Below, in pieces: positions 52,333 to 58,560 of a DNA stretch of 58,560 nt. Source of the DNA: Chloroflexota bacterium (lineage in GTDB: Bacteria > Chloroflexota > Dormibacteria > CF-121); contig VBDZ01000003.1 of assembly GCA_005881215.1 (NCBI GenBank), positions 1 to 58,560 on the forward strand. Reading direction: 5' to 3'. Both the position numbers and the translations under genes were made by a program. The notes beneath the pieces are model-generated. The model saw nothing but the letters and a program-made list of their open reading frames with translations. It had not been told where the DNA came from and made no database searches. Numbering within the stretch: the stretch's first letter is position 1; each line of letters begins with the position of its first letter.

Positions 52333-52373
52333 CCGGCCTTGACAGCCGCCCAGGCTTGTCAGCTAAATTGATA
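52333..52373 (+). promoter_or_regulatory. Promoter/operator motif, copy 2
   Basis: CCGGCCTTGAC-N13-TGTCAG-N6-TGATA. Confidence 0.55.
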
Positions 52374-52452
52374 GCGGCGCTAGCAGCATGCGGTCTGGAC
52401 TGATTCCCTGTCGCAGACCTCGTATCACGTCCGGTTGAAAGGAGGCGAACAG

Positions 52453-52740
52453 ATGCCAGCAAGCGGCAAGCGGGGCTTCGGTTCCATGGATGAGATTAAG
52501 CAACGTCAGATCGCCAGCAAGGGCGGTCAGGCCGCGCACGCGAAGGGATCAGCACATGAATTCAGCCCCGAAGAGGCCCGCGAAGCCGGCAGCAAGGGCG
52601 GCAGAGCGGCACACGAGAAAGGCTCCGCCCATGAGTTCTCCTCTGAGGAGGCGCGCGCCGCTGGTCGGAAAGGCGGCGAAGCATCGAGCCAGGACCGCAA
52701 CCGGATGGCGGCCATCGGCCGCGAAGGCGGCAAACACTAA
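52453..52740 (+). CDS. KGG-repeat general stress protein
   Basis: AAAGGAGG RBS; RGFGSMDE.KQRQIASKGG, two HEFS.EEAR.AG.KGG repeats. Confidence 0.92.
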   Translation: MPASGKRGFGSMDEIKQRQIASKGGQAAHAKGSAHEFSPEEAREAGSKGGRAAHEKGSAHEFSSEEARAAGRKGGEASSQDRNRMAAIGREGGKH

Positions 52741-52750
52741 GAACCTCGGC

Positions 52751-52778
52751 GGGAGGAAGCCGACCCCGGCTTCCTCCC
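52751..52778. terminator. 12-bp hairpin between convergent KGG and trpB2 genes
   Basis: GGGAGGAAGCCG-ACCC-CGGCTTCCTCCC. Confidence 0.75.
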
Positions 52779-52784
52779 CAGTGT

Positions 52785-54149
52785 CTAGAGCGCCGCGACC
52801 AGCTCCTGGATGCGCGCCTCCGAGAGCGTGACATCCGACATGGTTCCGGCGAAATAGCTGTCGTAGGCCGCCAGGTCGAGAAGACCATGGCCACTGAAGT
52901 TGAACAGGATCACCGGCGACTCGCCCCGCTCGCGCGCCCTGACTGCTTCATCGATCACCGCCCGAATCGCGTGGGCGGTCTCCGGCGCCGGGATGGTGCC
53001 TTCGGCCCGGGCGAACTGCACCGCGGCGTCGAACACCGCCCGCTGCGGGTAGGCAACCGGCTCGATGAATCCGTGGTTGGCCAGTCCGGAGACCAGCGGC
53101 GCCATGCCGTGGTAGCGCAGGCCCCCGGCGTGGATGCCGTCCGGCACGAACCCGTGGCCGAGCGTGTACATCTCCAGCAGCGGCGTCATCCCGATGGTGT
53201 CGCCGAAGTCGTAGGCGAACTTGCCCCGGGTCATGGTCGGGCAGGCCGCCGGCTCGACCGCCAGGAATCGCGTCTTGCTGCGCCCGGTCAGTCGCTCGCG
53301 CAGGAACGGAAACGCCAGCCCGGAAAAGTTGCTGCCGCCGCCGACGCAACCGACCACCAGATCGGGCATCGCCCCGGCCCGTTCCATCTGCTGCAGCGCT
53401 TCCTGCCCGATGATCGTCTGGTGCATCAGCACGTGGTTGAGCACGCTGCCCAGCGAGTACTTGGTGTCGTCTTTGCCAGCGGCATCTTCGATCGCCTCCG
53501 AGATGGCGATCCCCAGACTGCCCGTCGATTCCGGATTTTCCGCCCGGATCCGCTGGCCGGCCTGGGTCCGATCGGAGGGGCTTGGCACCACCTCGGCGCC
53601 CCAGACGTGCATCATGCTCTTGCGGTACGGCTTCTGCTCGTAGCTGATGCGCACCATGTAGACCATGCACTCGAGGTCGAAGAGTTTGGTCGCAAACGCC
53701 AGGGCGCTGCCCCACTGGCCGGCGCCGGTTTCGGTGGTCAACCGCCGGGTGCCCTCCGCCTTGTTGTAGAAGGCCTGGGCCACCGCCGTGTTCGGCTTGT
53801 GCGACCCGGGCGGGCTGCCTCCCTCGTACTTGTAATAGATCCTGGCCGTCGTCTTGAGCTCGCGCTCCAGGCGGACTGCCCGCATCAGTGGCGTCGGGCG
53901 CCACAGTCGCAAGGCCTCTTGGACCGGCGGCGGGATATCGATGTAGCGCTCCTGGGAAACCTCCTGCTTGATCAGCTCCATCGGGAAGAGCGGTGCCAGG
54001 TCCTGCGGACCAACCGGCTGCCGGGTCGCGGGATGAAGCGGTGGGCTTCCCGGAAACGGGAGGTCCGCCTGGATGTTGTACCAGCGAGTCGGCATCTCGC
54101 GCTCGTCGAGCTGGATCCGGGTCGCGGTCTCCGGCGCTTGAATACTCAT
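52785..54149 (-). CDS. trpB2: Stand-alone tryptophan synthase beta chain, TrpB2 type
   Basis: [52 protein letters not shown]; no trpA nearby. Confidence 0.93.
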   Translation of the reverse strand: MSIQAPETATRIQLDEREMPTRWYNIQADLPFPGSPPLHPATRQPVGPQDLAPLFPMELIKQEVSQERYIDIPPPVQEALRLWRPTPLMRAVRLERELKTTARIYYKYEGGSPPGSHKPNTAVAQAFYNKAEGTRRLTTETGAGQWGSALAFATKLFDLECMVYMVRISYEQKPYRKSMMHVWGAEVVPSPSDRTQAGQRIRAENPESTGSLGIAISEAIEDAAGKDDTKYSLGSVLNHVLMHQTIIGQEALQQMERAGAMPDLVVGCVGGGSNFSGLAFPFLRERLTGRSKTRFLAVEPAACPTMTRGKFAYDFGDTIGMTPLLEMYTLGHGFVPDGIHAGGLRYHGMAPLVSGLANHGFIEPVAYPQRAVFDAAVQFARAEGTIPAPETAHAIRAVIDEAVRARERGESPVILFNFSGHGLLDLAAYDSYFAGTMSDVTLSEARIQELVAAL

Positions 54150-54183
54150 GGGCTTCTCCCTCCTGTAGTCCCTAGGTTTTAGC

Positions 54184-55296
54184 ATGGACGCCACGCCGAT
54201 GCAAAGCCCGGACCGGGACGCGATGCTGGCCGCGCTCGAGCGGCTGGTGGTCACCGAATCGCCCTCACTCGACAAGGCACGCTGTGACGCGTGTGCCGAC
54301 CAGGTGAGCGAGCTCTTTTTGGAACGAACCGGCATCCGCGCCGTCCGCCACCAGCGCCCCGAACGCGGCGATCACCTGGAAATTCGAGCCGGAAGCGGCG
54401 CTGATCCAATCGTCCTGCTCTGCCACCATGACACCGTCTGGCCGTCGGGCACCCTGGTGCGTCTGCCGTACGGGGTGGTGGGCGATCGCGTCAGCGGACC
54501 GGGCAGCTACGACATGAAGGCCGGCATCGTGGAGGCAGCGTTCGCGCTCGCCGGCTCGACACCGCATCGGCCGGTAATCGTGCTCTCCACCTCCGACGAG
54601 GAGATCGGGAGCGCCAGCTCTCGCGGCTTGATCGAGGCGACGGCGCGTGGCGCGGTGGCGGTGTTGGTCCTCGAACCCGCCGCCAGCGGTGGCGCGATCA
54701 AGACGGCCCGCAAGGGCATTGCGGATTTCGTCCTCGAGATCGAGGGCCGGGCGGCCCATGCCGGCGTCGAACCGGAAAAAGGAATCAGCGCCGTCGAGGA
54801 GCTGGCCCACCAGGTGCTGGCCCTGAAGGCGCTGGCGGACCCGGCGCAGGGCACGACCATCAATATCGGGGTGGTGGAAGGCGGCACCCGGCCCAACGTG
54901 GTGGCGGCGCACGCCCGGGCTGAGATCGACGTTCGCTTTTCCCGCGGCGCGGAGGCGGAGCGGGTGGTCGCCGCCATCCGCGGCCTGCAGCCGAGGCTCG
55001 GGGGCGCGACGCTGCGCATCAGCGGCGGCGTCGACCGCCCGCCGATGGAGCGGAGTTCGGGCACGGTGCGCCTGGCGCAGCTGGCGCAGCGGCTGGCGGG
55101 CGACCTGGGCTTTGCGCTGACCGAGACCAGTACCGGCGGAGGAAGCGACGGCAACTACACGGCCGCGCTGGGCGTGCCGACGCTCGACGGGCTGGGGCCA
55201 GATGGAGGCGGGGCCCATGCCGACGCGGAACACCTGTTGGTCGACAGCTGGCTGCGCAGAACCGAGCTGCTCCGGCTCCTGATCGAGGCCCTCTAG
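54184..55296 (+). CDS. M20-family metallopeptidase (carboxypeptidase G2-like; possible desuccinylase)
   Basis: [49 protein letters not shown]. Confidence 0.9.
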   Translation: MDATPMQSPDRDAMLAALERLVVTESPSLDKARCDACADQVSELFLERTGIRAVRHQRPERGDHLEIRAGSGADPIVLLCHHDTVWPSGTLVRLPYGVVGDRVSGPGSYDMKAGIVEAAFALAGSTPHRPVIVLSTSDEEIGSASSRGLIEATARGAVAVLVLEPAASGGAIKTARKGIADFVLEIEGRAAHAGVEPEKGISAVEELAHQVLALKALADPAQGTTINIGVVEGGTRPNVVAAHARAEIDVRFSRGAEAERVVAAIRGLQPRLGGATLRISGGVDRPPMERSSGTVRLAQLAQRLAGDLGFALTETSTGGGSDGNYTAALGVPTLDGLGPDGGGAHADAEHLLVDSWLRRTELLRLLIEAL

Positions 55297-55346
55297 GCGC
55301 TCGCCTAATCGCGTACTCGGTGGCTTGACGGGCGTCGTACTCCTTG

Positions 55347-55457
55347 TGGTACGGTGGACGACGGCCCGTTACGCCTCGTCGTAGTCACCGCCTTCCACTC
55401 GTCTTCGCCACGGGCCCAAGAAGGGTTCACGTCGGTTAGTGACGGAGGGAAGGCCCC
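55347..55457 (+). promoter_or_regulatory. Extended -10 promoter and structured 5' leader
   Basis: TGGTACGGT at 55347-55355 (TTGACG upstream); complementary blocks GTCAC/GTGAC and GCCTTCC/GGAAGGC next to the RBS. Confidence 0.45.
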
Positions 55458-56198
55458 TTGAACGTTACAGCGTTTATTGCTATCGTGTCCAGGGCTCGGG
55501 CCCATATTTTGTGGTTGACGAACGCACGACTCCATGATCTTGTGGTTTCGGATTGGGCGGCGCGCCTGGTCCTGCGCTACTGGCGCCTCCAGCGGAGCGG
55601 GCAGCAGCTGCGTCTGGCTATCGGACGCCGCCGGCCGCGGGCGTCCATCGGCCTGGTCGGACACGGCCTGGTGCTGGCATTGGGCATCGTGCTGGTCGCC
55701 CCGGTCGTGATGGGGCGGACCACCGCCACGCCCAGCATCGCGGCCGAGTACTCGGGCTACGTGCTGTGGTCGAGCTCGGCGCAGGCGCGCAACGCCGCGC
55801 AGATGAAGGAGATCAACAAAGCCGACGCGGTGGAGGAGCGTCCCGCCCCCCCAGCCCCCGATCCCGCCCCGCGACCCGCGGCGGTTCGCCGCCCCGCGCC
55901 GACACCGGGCGCCTTCACGCCCCCACCCGGCTCCGGTGGCGACGGCCTGGCCGCCATCTATGCCGTCTTCGGCAATAGCCCTGGCCTGAGCTGGGCCTTG
56001 CGGGTCGCCAACTGCGAGAGCCATTACAACCCGCTGGCCGTCAACCGTTACAGCGGCGCCAGCGGACTCTTTCAGTTCATGCCCTCGACCTGGAACGCCA
56101 ACTTCCCCGGGCAGAACATCTGGGATCCGTACGCTCAGGCGCGCGCGGCCCTGGTGTTCTACAACGCCGGCCGCCAGAGCGCCTGGACCTGCAAGTAG
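55458..56198 (+). CDS. Lytic transglycosylase (SLT/Rpf-like C-terminal domain)
   Basis: TM, Pro-rich linker, then VANCES.YNP.AVN..SGASGLFQFMPSTW...AWTCK. Confidence 0.85.
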   Translation: MNVTAFIAIVSRARAHILWLTNARLHDLVVSDWAARLVLRYWRLQRSGQQLRLAIGRRRPRASIGLVGHGLVLALGIVLVAPVVMGRTTATPSIAAEYSGYVLWSSSAQARNAAQMKEINKADAVEERPAPPAPDPAPRPAAVRRPAPTPGAFTPPPGSGGDGLAAIYAVFGNSPGLSWALRVANCESHYNPLAVNRYSGASGLFQFMPSTWNANFPGQNIWDPYAQARAALVFYNAGRQSAWTCK

Positions 56199-56241
56199 TC
56201 GCGTAGCGGCTGAGCCCGCTGGGGGCGCTAGCATTTGGCGC

Positions 56242-57063
56242 GTGCCGCCAATTTCGGGTGCTGTCCCGGTTGACTCCGCGCCGTTGGATATCCCGCCGGT
56301 CGAGATTCGGCTGGTCCGCACCCAGCAGGAGTACGCGGCCTGCGAGGCGATGAGTCGCGACGTCTGGGGCGCGGCCGAGCGCAATGTCGTACCACGCGAG
56401 CTGCTCTTGACCATGCAGCTCAACGGCGGCCTGGTGCATGGCGCCTTTCGACCAGATGGCCGCCTGGTCGGATTTTGCTTTGCGTTTCTCGGCCGGCGTG
56501 ACGGGCAGCTGCGATTGTGCTCGCACCAGCTCGCGGTCGTTCCGGAGTACCGCGGCGCCGGCATCGGGATTCGCTTGAAGCATGCCCAGCGGGGCGATGC
56601 GATCCAGCGGGGTTATGAGCTGGTCAGCTGGACGTTCGATCCCCTGGAGGCCCGCAACGCCTACATCAACCTGCATCGGCTGGGCTGCGTCGCGCGTTTC
56701 TACGATCGCAATCACTATGGAGACATGGAGGACGAGCTCAACCGTGGATTACCCTCGGATCGACTCGAAGCCGAGTGGTGGCTGCAGCAAGACAAGCCGG
56801 CGGTGATCGTTGATGATCCGATCATCCTGCTGCGGGTCGGCCCCGACGGCGGCCCGCGGCGGGACACGGTCACCCTCACCAGCCGTCGGCCGGCGCTGAT
56901 CGGGGTGCCATCGGATTTCCAGGCGATCAAGCAACAGAGTCTCGAGCTCGCAACCCGCTGGCGGATGGAGAGCCGGGCCGCCTTTGAATCGGCGCTGGGC
57001 GCGGGACTCTACGCCGTCGATTTCCAGCGCCGGGGCGCCTACGTGATGGCCCCATTGGCATGA
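56242..57063 (+). CDS. GNAT acyltransferase (putative amino-acid N-succinyltransferase)
   Basis: SHQLAV..EYRG.GIG..LK..QR, WTFDPL..RNAYINL.RLG, GLPSDRL; TAGCAT 7 nt before GTG. Confidence 0.85.
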   Translation: MPPISGAVPVDSAPLDIPPVEIRLVRTQQEYAACEAMSRDVWGAAERNVVPRELLLTMQLNGGLVHGAFRPDGRLVGFCFAFLGRRDGQLRLCSHQLAVVPEYRGAGIGIRLKHAQRGDAIQRGYELVSWTFDPLEARNAYINLHRLGCVARFYDRNHYGDMEDELNRGLPSDRLEAEWWLQQDKPAVIVDDPIILLRVGPDGGPRRDTVTLTSRRPALIGVPSDFQAIKQQSLELATRWRMESRAAFESALGAGLYAVDFQRRGAYVMAPLA

Positions 57064-58169
57064 AGATCGAGGCCGTCGAACTGCGCGTGCTGAAGATGCG
57101 GTTGCTGAAGCCGTTCCGGACCAGCTTCGGTGTCCAGCAGGATCGCTATCCGATGCTCGTGCGGTTGGAAATCGACGGTCGCTCGCATTGGGGTGAGTGC
57201 GTGGCCGGTGAGGGGCCCTGGTACTCGTACGAAACCATCGAGACCGCCTGGCAGATGCTCAAGGGCTACCTGCTGCCGGCGGTGATCGGGCAGGACCTCG
57301 CCGACGCCGCTGCGCTGGAAGCCCGCTTCTCGCCGGTGCGAGGCCATCACATGGCCAAGGCCTGTATCGAGATGGCATTCACCACGGCCCTTGCGGAGCA
57401 CGCGCGCAAGCCACTATCGAAATTCCTGGGCGGCGTGCGCGACCGGGTCGAGACGGGCGTCAGCATCGGCATTCAGGCCACCGTGGACGAGCTGCTGGAA
57501 GCCATCGGCATCCACCTCAGCCAGGGCTACCGGCGCATCAAGGTCAAGATCGAGCCCGGCTGGGATGTGATGGCGATCGGCGCCATTCGCGAGCGCTATC
57601 CGGAGATCACCCTGATGGCGGACGCGAACTCCGCCTACACCCTGGACGATGCCGCCCACCTGGCGCAACTTGATCGCTTCGGGTTGCTGATGTTGGAGCA
57701 GCCCCTGTCGCCCGGCGACCTGGTCGATCACGCGGCGCTGCAGCGGCAGATGCGAACCCCAATCTGCCTGGATGAAAGCATCGAGTCGGCCCGCGACGCG
57801 CGACAGGCCGTCCAGCTGGGCGCCTGCCAGGTGATCAATATCAAGCCCGGCCGGGTGGGCGGCTTCGCGGAGTCGCGCCGGATCCACGACATCGCCGCCA
57901 ACGCCGGCCTGCCGGTCTGGTGCGGCGGCATGCTGGAGACCGGCATCGGTCGCGCCGGCAACGTCGCACTGGCGACGCTGCCCAATTTCCGGCTGCCCGG
58001 CGACATCTCGGCGAGTGACCGCTACTGGGCGGAAGACATTGTGGAGCCGGCGTTTACGCTCGCAAAGGGCGGGACGATTGCGGTTCCCACCCGCTGGGGG
58101 CTTGGCGTGCGGGTCAAGGTCGACCTAGTCGAGCGCCTCACGGTGCGCCGGGAAATGATCCGGGCGTAG
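57060..58169 (+). CDS. menC: o-Succinylbenzoate synthase / N-succinylamino acid racemase
   Basis: PFRTSFG, GVSIG, KVKI.PGWD, DANSAY, EQPL, LDESI, NIKPGRVGG, WCGGMLETGIGR, DISAS.RYW.EDI. Confidence 0.92.
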   Translation: MKIEAVELRVLKMRLLKPFRTSFGVQQDRYPMLVRLEIDGRSHWGECVAGEGPWYSYETIETAWQMLKGYLLPAVIGQDLADAAALEARFSPVRGHHMAKACIEMAFTTALAEHARKPLSKFLGGVRDRVETGVSIGIQATVDELLEAIGIHLSQGYRRIKVKIEPGWDVMAIGAIRERYPEITLMADANSAYTLDDAAHLAQLDRFGLLMLEQPLSPGDLVDHAALQRQMRTPICLDESIESARDARQAVQLGACQVINIKPGRVGGFAESRRIHDIAANAGLPVWCGGMLETGIGRAGNVALATLPNFRLPGDISASDRYWAEDIVEPAFTLAKGGTIAVPTRWGLGVRVKVDLVERLTVRREMIRA

Positions 58170-58182
58170 GCAAAAGAAAAAG

Positions 58183-58302
58183 ACCTCGGCGATGACCTAC
58201 TCTCCCAGACCGTTGCCAGCCCAGTACCATCGGCGCTGACGGGCTTAACTGCTGTGTTCGGGATGGGAACAGGTGTTTCCCCGTCGCTATGGTCACCGAA
58301 GT
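58183..58302 (-). rRNA. rrf: 5S rRNA
   Basis: Reverse complement has GGTGACCATAGC...CACCTGTTCCCATCCCGAACACAG.AGTTAAGC...GATGGTACT...GGGAGAGTAGGTCATCGCC; ends approximate. Confidence 0.96.
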
Positions 58303-58396
58303 CTTTTTCCTTCGATCGCTGCGAAGAAGTGCTTTAGGGACCGCGCAGTTCACGCGATCAACCTCCTGCGCTATTCAGCGCTGAGGAGTGAGATAG

Positions 58397-58560
58397 ATGG
58401 TCAAGCCCTCGACCTATTAGTACCGCTCAGCTGAAACGGTTGCCCGTCTTACACCTGCGGCCTATCAACCAGCTAGTCTCGCTGGGGTCTTACCTGGTTA
58501 ACCCAGTGGGAGACCTTGTCTTGAGGTGGGCTTCGTACTTAGATGCTTTCAGCACTTATC
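58397..58560 (-). rRNA. rrl: 23S rRNA, 3'-terminal fragment
   Basis: Plus strand GGTCAAGCCCTCGACCTATTAGTACC...CCTATCAACC...CTTAGATGCTTTCAGCACTTATC is the antisense of the conserved 23S 3' end. Confidence 0.96.

Noticed and set aside
52500-52700. Tandem nucleotide repeat in the KGG gene
   Set aside because: Normal internal protein repeat of this family.
55347-55457. c-di-AMP (ydaO) or c-di-GMP riboswitch call
   Set aside because: The conserved sequence blocks of those families were not visible; kept only as an unassigned structured leader.

Overview
A GC-rich, densely coding bacterial chromosome segment. The gene content (sortase, FakA/FakB, L,D-transpeptidase, an F420-type LLM enzyme, many leaderless genes) points to a monoderm Terrabacteria lineage, possibly Ca. 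Dormibacterota or Chloroflexota-like; this is inference only. Layout: lipid/translation housekeeping block (fabD, rpmF, coaD, rsmD, recG, degV, DAK2, rpmB, rpe, rlmN; 1-14.3 kb); two unannotated paralogous microprotein genes, an orphan Flp pilin and tRNA-Leu (14.5-15.8 kb); a 10-kb six-gene phosphorelay operon (17.8-27.7 kb); surface-glycosylation and arsenic genes; a GH5/GT4/GT2 glycan locus; stress and cell-wall genes; a D-amino-acid salvage set; and the 3' end of an rRNA operon on the minus strand. The strongest leads are: (1) the phosphorelay operon, built around a ~490-aa coiled coil fused to a His-phosphotransfer domain with no ATPase domain, plus a free-standing paralogue of that coiled coil, a DivK-like receiver and shared C-terminal motifs; (2) a thioredoxin-NHL protein with an in-frame UGA at the redox Cys and a SECIS-like hairpin, i.e. 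a probable selenoprotein split by the ORF track; (3) the tandem microproteins, whose substitution pattern indicates selection on the protein; (4) several genes that seem to need ATC/ATA start codons. No CRISPR array or transposase was recognised. All family assignments are by-eye motif recognition; no searches or folding programs were run.
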